A stretch of 59,293 bases of DNA, from assembly GCA_022616725.1 (NCBI GenBank), contig JAKEEH010000246.1, positions 1 through 59,293 on the forward strand. Reading direction: 5' to 3'. The notes under the pieces were generated by a model. The model did not search any database. It saw nothing but the letters and a program-made list of their open reading frames with translations, and was not told the origin of the DNA. Each line of letters opens with the position of its first letter. Within the stretch, counting starts at the first letter, position 1. The translations under genes were made by a program, and so were the position numbers. This DNA is from Limisphaerales bacterium. GTDB taxonomy: Bacteria; Verrucomicrobiota; Verrucomicrobiia; Limisphaerales; JAKEEH01. Shown one piece after another: positions 1-8,069 of this stretch.

Positions 1-923
1 AGGAACGCAAAGCCGAGCATCACCCAAAGGGACTGAGCTTTGCCGCTGGCTGCGACGGGCCCGGCCTTCGAAATGGCGCAACTGACTTCGAAGGCCTGCT
101 GCGAATTCGCGTCCGGTTTTTCAATAAGCAGGCCGGCCAGTTCAGTCGGCCAGTCTCCCTCAAACTTGGTGACCTGTTTCTTGAGGCGTATCTTGCCGGC
201 TTCCGGCGGCAGGAACTCGGTGACAGTACTGACCTCAAAGCCTTTCCCCACGTAGGGATAAAAGTCCGCCCCGCCGATTCGTTGCGTCGTTGAATCGTTG
301 AATCGTTGAATCGTTGAATCGGCGGCGTTGCGAGGAGTCCATTCGATGAGGACGGCGCGTTTCTCGCCGCCCGGACCCTCGAGCCACTGGGCTTTCACGG
401 CAATATCGGACCCGGATCTGGGAAGTTTTGCCTTCCACGCTTCGATGCGCGGCGCGTGCTCGGACGGTTTGGTGGTGGCACCGATGGTGAGTTTGGCGGA
501 GACTTCGTCGTCGCCCTTGACGCATTGAACTTCGCATTCGAGCCAACTGGCTTCGCCCTTCAATTCCACCGAGGCGGGTGACGCCGTGGGCGCGATCGTG
601 AGAGGAATGAGCAGGACGACCTCGTCGTGGTATCCGTAGGTGAGGAGGTCGCCAAACTTGATTTTCTCAGGCACCGGCCACTGAATCTCGCCTGCCGTGA
701 CGCCGGGCGGGAGCGTCCAATCGATCTCCGTAGTTGCGCCGGCATCGCCCGGATTGCGCCAGTACGTATGCCACCCGGAAGCCATCTTCAGCTCCAGGCC
801 AGCGAGAAAGGTTTGGCCGGGCGCCGCAGTCTCGACCGGCAGGATCAGCTTCACCTTCGTGGTCGCGGCCTCCACCGGCGTTGTCAGCAGCAGCAATACT
901 GGAAGCAAGATCAACCAGCACAT
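1..923 (-). CDS. dsbD: DsbD-family thiol:disulfide interchange protein, N-terminal part (gene continues past the left edge; absent from the ORF track because no stop lies in the window)
   Basis: Hand translation of the minus strand from ATG 923-921 gives MCWLILLPVLLLLTTPVEAATTKVKLILPVETAAPGQTFLAGLELKMASGWHTYWRNPGDAGATTEIDWTLPPGV... The frame stays open down to nt 1. It shows a signal peptide, the WHTYWxNPGD motif typical of the DsbD/DsbC-type N-terminal domain, and a final SLWVMLGFAFL that looks like the start of the membrane core. Confidence 0.7.
   Translation of the reverse strand, partial: MCWLILLPVLLLLTTPVEAATTKVKLILPVETAAPGQTFLAGLELKMASGWHTYWRNPGDAGATTEIDWTLPPGVTAGEIQWPVPEKIKFGDLLTYGYHDEVVLLIPLTIAPTASPASVELKGEASWLECEVQCVKGDDEVSAKLTIGATTKPSEHAPRIEAWKAKLPRSGSDIAVKAQWLEGPGGEKRAVLIEWTPRNAADSTIQRFNDSTTQRIGGADFYPYVGKGFEVSTVTEFLPPEAGKIRLKKQVTKFEGDWPTELAGLLIEKPDANSQQAFEVSCAISKAGPVAASGKAQSLWVMLGFAF
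279..321. repeat. Octanucleotide tandem array (TCGTTGAA): 1 degenerate + 4 perfect copies, inside the dsbD-like CDS
   Basis: Direct reading: tcgttgcg tcgttgaa tcgttgaa tcgttgaa tcgttgaa tcg. On the minus strand it encodes ...DSTIQRFNDSTTQR... Confidence 0.9.
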
Positions 924-926
924 CAA

Positions 927-958
927 TCGTTGAATCGTTGAATCGGTGAATCGGTGGG
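927..958. repeat. Same octanucleotide array (TCGTTGAA x2, TCGGTGAA, TCGGTGGG), 4 nt upstream of the dsbD-like start codon
   Basis: Direct reading of 921-960: cat caa tcgttgaa tcgttgaa tcggtgaa tcggtggg. Confidence 0.9.
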
Positions 959-1080
959 TCATCTCGTCCTGGAGTGCGCCGGATGACCGCCGGCGGAACG
1001 CCGGTTGGCGCGACCGAGACGGTCCCGTTCCCGATGGTACGAGTCCGCGAAGGCAGGTTTGTATAGTGGCCCGTGGCATT

Positions 1081-1110
1081 TTCGGTCAATTCTGGTCAGT
1101 TTTGGTCAGT
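1081..1110. repeat. 3 x 10-nt tandem repeat (TTCGGTCAAT TCTGGTCAGT TTTGGTCAGT)
   Basis: Direct reading. It is preceded by the box GGTTTGTATAGTGGCCCGTGG at 1056-1076. Confidence 0.85.
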
Positions 1111-1139
1111 TCGAGTGTTGCCGACGGAGGCAAACAAAA

Positions 1140-1153
1140 TTGGACTAGTCCAA
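1140..1153. promoter_or_regulatory. Perfect 14-bp palindrome TTGGACTAGTCCAA (operator-like), with three GTCCAA half-sites about 50 bp downstream
   Basis: Direct reading. GTCCAA recurs at 1198-1203, 1204-1209 and 1213-1218. The related TTCGGACTT occurs twice at about 1525-1549. Confidence 0.3.
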
Positions 1154-1280
1154 AGAAAGTACATGGATTCGTGCGTAAAATGCCTGAATCGGAGCGAGTC
1201 CAAGTCCAAAACGTCCAACTTTCCGCATACAAAGGGGGCGGGAGTCGAAAACGCCGGTTTGTACAGTGCCCCCTGGAAAT

Positions 1281-1310
1281 CCATTCGGTTTTATTCGGTT
1301 TTGTTCGCTT
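1281..1310. repeat. 3 x 10-nt tandem repeat (CCATTCGGTT TTATTCGGTT TTGTTCGCTT)
   Basis: Direct reading. It is preceded by the box GGTTTGTACAGTGCCCCCTGG at 1256-1276, which matches the box at 1056-1076 at 18 of 21 nt. Confidence 0.85.
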
Positions 1311-1480
1311 TGGGTCAAATTGGCGCACGTGCCCGGCGGCGGGACGCCGCTGGAACTCGCAGGCGTGGACGCCTGCGCTACGCGTAGATAATCGACATAG
1401 CTCTGTCTTCACGTGCCTATTATACCACGGGTTTTTAGCGAACTTCGGCGGTGAGGGCTGTTTAACATGCCTATTCGTGC

Positions 1481-1510
1481 CAGTATGCGACAGTATGCGA
1501 CAGTAAGTGA
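1481..1510. repeat. 3 x 10-nt tandem repeat (CAGTATGCGA CAGTATGCGA CAGTAAGTGA)
   Basis: Direct reading. It starts exactly 200 bp after the previous decamer array. Confidence 0.85.
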
Positions 1511-1620
1511 CAAAAAAGTGCCTTTTCGGACTTGACAGGCTTCGGACTTTTCACCTGCCGCCAAGGTAAGGTCAAGTCCGGCTTTCTTTCCAGCCCAAAA
1601 GCGGTAAATTGGTTGTAAAG

Positions 1621-2781
1621 ATGGCCACATCCCTCACAGCGGGGCCTGCCATTACAACTGAGAGATCGCGTTTCCGCTGGTTGCGCACCGGCAGCGAGGC
1701 TCTGGCAGCGATGATCGAAGAAATCGATCTCGCCCGGCATTCGATCCGGCTTGAAACCTATATTTATCACGCGGGGCAAATGGGCGATCGTTTCCTAACA
1801 ACCCTTGTCCAGGCAGCGCAACGGGGCGTCAAGGTGCAAGTCATGGTGGATGCGCTTGGCTCGTTCAGCCTGCCCGACACGTTCTGGACGTCGCTCCGCA
1901 ACGCGGGCGGGGAATGCGTCTGGTTCAACCCTTTGCCGCTCGGGCGCTGGAGCTATCGGGACCACCGCAAGATGCTCATTTGCGACGATGGCGTCGCGTT
2001 CATCGGTGGGTTCAATATAGCGGACGAATACGACGGCGATGGCGTGGCGAAAGGCTGGCGCGATCTTGGTCTCGAGATTCGCGGCGGGGCGCTGGTGCAA
2101 GCGCTGGCGGAGAGTTTCGACCGCTTTTTTGCCCGCGCGGCTCACAAGCACAAACGCCTGCAGCGCTTCCGCAAATCAGCGGACATGACTGTGAGCGGCG
2201 CGAACTGGACATTGCTCTTGAGCGGTCCCGGCCGCTACCACGGCGCGCTCAAGCGCACCTTGAAAGAGGATTTGCAACAGGCGAAATGCGTCAAGATCAT
2301 CTGTGCGTATTTTCTTCCGACGTGGAGTTTCCGCAAAGTGCTCACCCGCGTCTGCAAACGGGGCGGGCGCGTGCAATTGATCCTGGCGGGCAAGTCCGAC
2401 GTGGTGCTATCCCAACTCGCAAGCCGCAAGCTGTATCGGAACTTTTTGCGGTCGGGCGTGGAAATTTACGAGTATGAGCCGCAAATCCTGCATGCGAAGC
2501 TGTTTATAATCGATGGAATCACCTACGCCGGTTCGGCAAACCTCGATGTGCGCAGCATGGGCATCAATTACGAACTGCTGGTTCGGATCGACGACCGCGC
2601 GATGGCGGCGCGTGCGCGAGAGATTTTTGAGGAGGATTTAAAACACTGCAAACGCATCGATCCCACCGCGTGGCGAAAATCCCGCACCCTGTGGAGCAAG
2701 CTCAAGGAGAATTGGGCCTACTTCGTTCTCGCGCGCCTGGACCCGTTTTTGGCGCGCCGCCAGTTGCGGGCGCTGCGATGA
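1621..2781 (+). CDS. Phospholipase D-family protein, cardiolipin synthase-like (short ClsB-type, no N-terminal TM)
   Basis: Two HxKxxxxD motifs (HRKMLICDD and HAKLFIIDG) at the spacing typical of the Cls/PLD family. ATG at 1621 is preferred over the TTG at 1609 used by the ORF track. Confidence 0.8.
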   Translation: MATSLTAGPAITTERSRFRWLRTGSEALAAMIEEIDLARHSIRLETYIYHAGQMGDRFLTTLVQAAQRGVKVQVMVDALGSFSLPDTFWTSLRNAGGECVWFNPLPLGRWSYRDHRKMLICDDGVAFIGGFNIADEYDGDGVAKGWRDLGLEIRGGALVQALAESFDRFFARAAHKHKRLQRFRKSADMTVSGANWTLLLSGPGRYHGALKRTLKEDLQQAKCVKIICAYFLPTWSFRKVLTRVCKRGGRVQLILAGKSDVVLSQLASRKLYRNFLRSGVEIYEYEPQILHAKLFIIDGITYAGSANLDVRSMGINYELLVRIDDRAMAARAREIFEEDLKHCKRIDPTAWRKSRTLWSKLKENWAYFVLARLDPFLARRQLRALR

Positions 2782-2898
2782 TTAATTTGAACCATTTGAA
2801 CCCTTAGCGGGCGAATGGGCAAAGAATCAATCTCCGCAGCGATTGCTCTTTGCAGAACCGATGGGTTTCTCTACTTTGCCGCCGTGGATTCGCAGATC

Positions 2899-3273
2899 AT
2901 GGAGTACGTGCCTGTGCTGCTGCTGGCACTCGTGGCGGGGGCGTTTGCCTTTGGCACGCTGATTCTCTCGGTGCTCTTTGGAGTGCGGGGAAAACGCTCG
3001 CGCGCGAAGGACACGGCGTATGAGTGCGGCATGATCCCGGTGGGCGAAGGGAACACGCGGCTGTCGGTCAAGTTCTATTTGGTGGCGATGCTGTTTATTC
3101 TCTTCGATATTGAAGTGGTGTTTCTCTATCCGTGGGCGGTGGTTTACAAAGAGATGCTCGGCAGCCCGGCGACTCGGAATTTGATCCTGTTTTCCATGGT
3201 TTCTTTTCTTGGGATTTTGTTTGTTGGGTATATTTACGCACTGAAAAAGGGAGCGTTTGACTGGAAACGCTGA
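2899..3273 (+). CDS. nuoA: NADH-quinone oxidoreductase subunit A
   Basis: YECGMIPVGEGNTRLSVKFYLVAMLFILFDIEVVFLYPWAVVY matches the NuoA/ND3 core, with three TM segments. ATG at 2899 (MEYVPVLLLALV...) gives a normal NuoA length. Confidence 0.85.
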   Translation: MEYVPVLLLALVAGAFAFGTLILSVLFGVRGKRSRAKDTAYECGMIPVGEGNTRLSVKFYLVAMLFILFDIEVVFLYPWAVVYKEMLGSPATRNLILFSMVSFLGILFVGYIYALKKGAFDWKR

Positions 3274-3300
3274 AACGGCGGACCGGGGCAACAGTGGCCC

Positions 3301-3633
3301 CTAGCTGGATCCGCTGGTTGGATCGGCAATGCGGCGGGGCGTCTTCAGAATTGTCCAGGTGTCCTGGCGCACATCCAGGATGCGGACGATCTGAATGTGC
3401 GTGGGCAGCAGGCGGTAGCAAATGAGGGATTTCTTGACCACGATACCGCGCAAATCTGGAAATACGGTCGATTCGATCCGGTGGCCTCGGCCGGGGTTTT
3501 CTCCAAGGGCGATCCGCGCGATCCTGACTTCACTGGCAACGGCCATTTCAATCCGGCGACCAAATCGGCGCCTCAGGTAGCGGCGAATATTTCGCCAATC
3601 TTCCCGGGCCACTTCAGTGAGAGTAACCCTCAA
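3301..3633 (-). CDS. Type II toxin, RelE/ParE family
   Basis: About 110 aa with the ParE-like layout: ...EDWRNIRRYL...GENPGRGHRI...LRGIVVKKSLICYRLLPTHIQIVRILDVRQD. It has a TTG start and a 4-nt overlap with the upstream small ORF. Confidence 0.75.
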   Translation of the reverse strand: MRVTLTEVAREDWRNIRRYLRRRFGRRIEMAVASEVRIARIALGENPGRGHRIESTVFPDLRGIVVKKSLICYRLLPTHIQIVRILDVRQDTWTILKTPRRIADPTSGSS

Positions 3634-3890
3634 ACCTCAAGGGGTTCGGTGAAAAAATCCGGTGGGCAATCCAATTCCCTGGCGCGCTTTGCCTCTCTTA
3701 ATTTTTTTTCCAGGGCGGGCGTGGCGGCGTATTTGCGTCTGGTTTTAGGCGGCGGAATCGCAATGATGGAAAGGTGGCCCTTGCCTTCGCGGATGATGTA
3801 TTCGCCGTAAGGCGCCTCGGCGACAAAATCGTCGGGAAGAACCAGCCGTTTGCGTTTGTCATGCTTCGCGATCGTAATCGTCTGTGCCAT
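3630..3890 (-). CDS. Putative cognate antitoxin (small, charged C-terminus)
   Basis: 86 aa from ATG 3890 (MAQTITIAKHDKRKRLVLPDDF...). It lies immediately upstream of the ParE-like ORF and overlaps it. The family was not recognised; the call rests on position and size. Confidence 0.5.
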   Translation of the reverse strand: MAQTITIAKHDKRKRLVLPDDFVAEAPYGEYIIREGKGHLSIIAIPPPKTRRKYAATPALEKKLREAKRARELDCPPDFFTEPLEV

Positions 3891-4458
3891 AATGGGAATC
3901 TCCCACAGGTGCAGCGCGCCTGTCAAACGCGATTCACGCGCGGCTGCGGCGCGGTGCGCCGTCTATCGGCGGATTATGGAAATTGCAACGATATAGAAAC
4001 GGGAGAACAAGGCCAAATGGCTGATTCGATGCATATCCATGAAGGAGAACGCAACCGTGGCATTTGCAAAGCCGCGCACCCTGTGGTAAATAGAAGCAAA
4101 GGATTCGGGCGGCAGACGTTTCCTTCAGCGGGTTACCTCAACCCCACCTCCTTGGCGTGGCTGCCCGGATCCGATAGCGCAACATCGCTCTGATCGCGCG
4201 GGCGCGAAAGGGGGGCGTGTACCCCAAATTCCGAAGGTTTTCCGGTGGCGCGGGTGGGCCTCCATAAATGATGCCAAGCGGGAGAATGCCCGTCCAAAGG
4301 AAAGCGGTGCGGGGATCATGAGAGACAACGCGGAGACTAAGAAAGGGATGCCGGCAGGTCGTTGCGACGGTCATGACAGTCACGCTCTGGCCGGGGATCG
4401 CGCCTCTGAATCAGCTACGCCGACGCCAACTGGAACTTTCCCCCAAACCGCTGAACCT

Positions 4459-5301
4459 ATGAAAATGATTCTGACAATTCTGACCGCTGCGGTCTTTGCA
4501 GTCGCCATTGGCTGGCTTGCTTTCAATCAACGGCAGGTCCAGCAAAGACTCGCCGCGGTGCAAACTGAAAACCAGCGGCTTGCCGACGAACTGGCGCAAC
4601 GGCCGGTGATTTCGCCGGAAGCGTTGGCGCGTATTGAGAGCAGGTTGAAGGATAGTCAGGCCGCCTTGACCATCGCCGAACAGCGGCTAACCAATACGAT
4701 GGCGAGCATCGCTGCGCTGAGTACGGCGGCCCAACAGGCACCGATGCAATTCATGAGCGCACGCGTAACGTCGCGCGTTCGCGGGCCCAGCATGGCGCAG
4801 GAATTCATCCCCGGCGTTCCGCGCCCGCCCGCCTCCAGCCATTCACCCGCCGGCGAGCTGCTCAGTCGCTCCTGGGGCCCCGAGCAGGTGGTAGGTCAGC
4901 CAAATACCGACAGAAACGGCGATATACCGACCGCGTGGGCTTCGATGGCGCCCGATGGCGGCGAAGAATGGCTGCACGTCAATTATGACCGGCCAGTTGA
5001 TATTTCCGAAATCCGCATTCGCGAAACCTACAATCCGGGCGCGATATCGAAGATCGTCGCGGTGCTGCCGAATGGACAAGAGGCGCCGGTCTGGGAAGGA
5101 GTTGAGCCGCCGGGGGAAGCGCCAGTCGATACGTCGTTCCGCCCGAGGTCGAATGTTCAAGCGAGTTCAGTTAAAGTATATCTGGACACTCGGCGTGTCC
5201 CGGGCTGGAACGAGATTGACGCGATCGAACTGATTGGCAGCGACGGTTCCCGCCAATGGGCCTCGTCGGCTACCGCCAGCAGCACTTACGCGGAGCGCTA
5301 G
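4459..5301 (+). CDS. Membrane-anchored hypothetical protein: TM helix, coiled coil, C-terminal beta-sandwich-like domain
   Basis: ATG 4459 gives MKMILTILTAAVFAVAIGWLAF (TM), then a heptad-like Q/L/A-rich segment. The C-terminal roughly 130 aa (GQPNTDRNGDIPTAWAS...EEWLHVNYDRPVDISEIRIRETYNPGAISKI...GWNEIDAIELIG) resembles a domain recurring in PVC-group proteins. Confidence 0.6.
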   Translation: MKMILTILTAAVFAVAIGWLAFNQRQVQQRLAAVQTENQRLADELAQRPVISPEALARIESRLKDSQAALTIAEQRLTNTMASIAALSTAAQQAPMQFMSARVTSRVRGPSMAQEFIPGVPRPPASSHSPAGELLSRSWGPEQVVGQPNTDRNGDIPTAWASMAPDGGEEWLHVNYDRPVDISEIRIRETYNPGAISKIVAVLPNGQEAPVWEGVEPPGEAPVDTSFRPRSNVQASSVKVYLDTRRVPGWNEIDAIELIGSDGSRQWASSATASSTYAER

Positions 5302-5317
5302 CACGCGACGACATCCG

Positions 5318-6601
5318 CTACCGCCGTGCTCCCGCTTCGCTGACGATGCGCTGAATGCTGCGCTGCTGTTCCTGGCTCATCGCGTTAAGCGCCTCGGATT
5401 TTTGCTGCGGCGTCAGCGTGGCGTCATTGATGATTTGCTGGCGCTTCGATTCGTTCACCTTGGCCATCTGGTAAATGGGCATGATCGCCCGAGGTGGCGC
5501 GCCGTATTGCATCGCGAGCATCTGCGCCTGGCGATAGATGGGGTCTTTCGTCAAAAGGAAAGCCTGATAACGCTCCGGCGCAAGGGCCTCCTTGATCGCG
5601 GCGTCGCGTTGGCGCTCGAAGCGTTGCCGCTGCGCCTCGCTCATCGCCTCCGGCCCGCCAAACTCAAGCTGCAACTGGTGTTCCATCGGGTCGATGGCGC
5701 GAAAGATCTTCCGAAATTCCTCCGGGGTGGGCTCGAAACCGCGCAGTTCCTCGCGCAAGCGATGCGCATTATGCGAGTAGCGCAAGACGAATTCCTCGAC
5801 CTGTTCCTCGTTCAGTACTTTGCGCAAATCCGCCCGGGTTTGTTCACGCAATTGGGCCGCTTCCACCTGGTTCATCGGCTGGCCTTCATTGACTCGCGAC
5901 CAAAAGTAAGCCTGCTGCCGTTCCAGGGACCGCTGGCATAGCTCCTGCACTTCGTTGTGGACCTTCGGCGGCAACGCGCCAAGCACCGGCCCGGTCAACT
6001 GCACGCTGCTCCAGAGGAGCACCTCGCTTTTTTCGGATTCAGCCGCTTCCGGCCCGAGGAGCTTCTCAACCAACGCTTGCCGTTCCTGCTCCAGCGCCCG
6101 GCCTCGCTCCTGCAAGATATTGACTACCCCGATGTTCGCCGCCTCGGGCCGCCACCATTGCATGTCGTGCGACACGGCTTCGCGCACGCGTTTCTTGTCG
6201 AACAATTCGTTGATGTCGGCCAAGACGATTGTTTTGATCTTCTCGTCAGGGCAACCGACCGCGCGCAGGCTGTCGATGTATCCACGATACGCGTCGGTCT
6301 CGACATCCTGCCAGGCGAACTTCCTGGAAGTGAAGGCAGGCTTCGCGACCGCGCCCACAAAATTCGTAATGGCTGGCGATGCTGCGTTCGTGACCGGCCT
6401 GGCCGCAACGGTAACGTTCGACCGCGGCGCCGCTGGGGCAGGCGCAGGTCGCGAAGGTGCATTCGACTTGACAGTTGGCTCAAAGCTCGTTGCTACGACC
6501 TCCGCCTGGTGATACGTGGAAAGAAAGAGATAGACCGCGAAAGCGCCGGCCAAGGCAACATTCAGGCCCAAAAACAGATACAATAAATGTCGTTCACGCA
6601 T
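5318..6601 (-). CDS. Hypothetical membrane-anchored protein (N-terminal TM, Ala/Pro linker, helical E/Q/R-rich domain)
   Basis: Long ORF with an ATG start, N-terminal TM (LLYLFLGLNVALAGAFAVYLFL) and protein-like composition. No family recognised. Confidence 0.6.
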   Translation of the reverse strand: MRERHLLYLFLGLNVALAGAFAVYLFLSTYHQAEVVATSFEPTVKSNAPSRPAPAPAAPRSNVTVAARPVTNAASPAITNFVGAVAKPAFTSRKFAWQDVETDAYRGYIDSLRAVGCPDEKIKTIVLADINELFDKKRVREAVSHDMQWWRPEAANIGVVNILQERGRALEQERQALVEKLLGPEAAESEKSEVLLWSSVQLTGPVLGALPPKVHNEVQELCQRSLERQQAYFWSRVNEGQPMNQVEAAQLREQTRADLRKVLNEEQVEEFVLRYSHNAHRLREELRGFEPTPEEFRKIFRAIDPMEHQLQLEFGGPEAMSEAQRQRFERQRDAAIKEALAPERYQAFLLTKDPIYRQAQMLAMQYGAPPRAIMPIYQMAKVNESKRQQIINDATLTPQQKSEALNAMSQEQQRSIQRIVSEAGARR

Positions 6602-6700
6602 TACGCCGTTAAACTTCGCCCTTCATTAACTTTTAACCACTTGACTGTCTATCCGGTCATCGGGGTTGCTGCGTCACTTTAGCGCAACGTCGATCCATTC

Positions 6701-7897
6701 TCAACTCTCGCTTAACCGCTTCACCGGCTTTTCAAAAAGCAATTGGTGCGCCTCCGCCAGGATCGCAGGCACACGGTCGGCAAACGGACTGGCGGCGACG
6801 GCCCGTTCCAGCTTCGCCCGAAAGGGGCCATTTTCAGCCATTCGAGCGGCATTTTCGCCGGGAAACCAATGATCGCCCTGGCCCAGCAAATTGTATCGCA
6901 TCTTGCCCCACGTCACCAGATCGAGTCCGCGGGCGTAGGTCCACAGCCGGAGAATTTCGAGTAGGTTGACCTGGCCCGGCACGTTCACGTATTCGGGCAA
7001 TCCCTGGAACCAGCGTGCACACCATTCGTCTCCCAGGGCGCGCCGCATTTCTTCGCGCAAACGCGTTTCGATGGGTGCGATGGTCTCTGCCATCCGGTCA
7101 TAGTAATCCAGCGCACGGACGTGCTCATTAAAATCGCTCGGACGCGCCGCTCCGCAGCTTAGCGTGTGAACCTCCGGGCGCGCCAGACAGTAGAGGTCGT
7201 TGAATTGCATCGGCGTCAGCGGCGCGCAGAGCTCGACCATTTTTCGCGGTGGATCGTACAGTTTGCCGCCTTTGTCGTTCGGGCTGATAATGAACACACC
7301 CATGTCAAGCCGGTTCGCAGCCACGATCGCCGGCCAGTTCAGGTCGTTCACGAAATACCAGTGAACATTCATGTAATCGAATTGTTGGCTGTTCACCGCC
7401 TCGAGGATGACATCCGTAGTCGCGTGCGTCGAGAAACCGACGAAGCGCACGCGGCCTTCCTTCTGCAATTTGCGCGCCGCCGCGGCGCATCCGTTTTTCC
7501 GCAAAGCCCAGTCGAGAAACTCGCGGTGATTGATACCGTGCAGCGAAAGCAGATCGACGTAGTCGAGGCGAAGATACTTCATCGAGGTGTTGAATGTCCG
7601 GAGAAAATCGTCCGGGTTCTTCATGGGCGCGACCTTGGTCTGGACGATGATCCTGTCCCGCGGCAGGCTCGGCAAGATCTGCCCGAGTTGCATTTCCGAC
7701 GTGCCGTAGCCGCGCGCCGTCTCGATGTGGTTGATGCCCAACTCCAGCGCGCGCCGAATCGTCGCTTCGAGGTTCTGTTGATTGGCCGCAGGGATCTCTC
7801 CGGGCGGCACGTCCTGCCATTTGTACTGATATCGCATGCCGCCGCACGAAATGACCGGCATCGCCAGTTCCGTGCGGCCAAAACGGCGATATCTCAT
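6701..7897 (-). CDS. Aldo/keto reductase family oxidoreductase (long form)
   Basis: [23 protein letters not shown]...[14 protein letters not shown]...[13 protein letters not shown] is the classic AKR N-terminal pattern. ATG start. Confidence 0.85.
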   Translation of the reverse strand: MRYRRFGRTELAMPVISCGGMRYQYKWQDVPPGEIPAANQQNLEATIRRALELGINHIETARGYGTSEMQLGQILPSLPRDRIIVQTKVAPMKNPDDFLRTFNTSMKYLRLDYVDLLSLHGINHREFLDWALRKNGCAAAARKLQKEGRVRFVGFSTHATTDVILEAVNSQQFDYMNVHWYFVNDLNWPAIVAANRLDMGVFIISPNDKGGKLYDPPRKMVELCAPLTPMQFNDLYCLARPEVHTLSCGAARPSDFNEHVRALDYYDRMAETIAPIETRLREEMRRALGDEWCARWFQGLPEYVNVPGQVNLLEILRLWTYARGLDLVTWGKMRYNLLGQGDHWFPGENAARMAENGPFRAKLERAVAASPFADRVPAILAEAHQLLFEKPVKRLSES

Positions 7898-8069
7898 GGC
7901 GCAAGCTTATCGTAACCCCTCAGCGCTTCAACCTTTCACCCATTCCCTCTGTCTCATTTTGAGCCGGTTGGTCTCAAAACAAGACGGCCGTGCCAGACCC
8001 TGCAAGCTTTGGTCTGGGTTTGTTGTTTGCCGTTTGTCGCTGGTGCGTGGCATATTAGCGGCAGGAAAA

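Noticed and set aside
1071-1090. TGGCAT...GGTCA as a sigma-54 promoter
   Set aside because: The GG-N10-GC spacing and the TTGC -12 element are not satisfied.
946-1506. 186-aa plus-strand ORF, and the other ORFs in the 924-1620 spacer
   Set aside because: The composition is Arg/Trp/Cys-rich and not protein-like. The ORFs read straight through three tandem-repeat arrays and show no motifs, so I treat the region as non-coding.
1532-1572. TTGACA at 1532-1537 as a sigma-70 -35 box for the PLD-like gene
   Set aside because: No acceptable -10 hexamer lies 16-18 nt downstream. The nearest TAAGGT is 29 nt away.
3927-4458. 530-bp spacer upstream of the 4459 gene as a riboswitch or ncRNA, including the near-match GGGAGAATGCC at 4280-4290 to the repeat head
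   Set aside because: I found no recognisable riboswitch core sequences. The head match is 10 of 11 nt with no flanking repeat body, so it may be chance.
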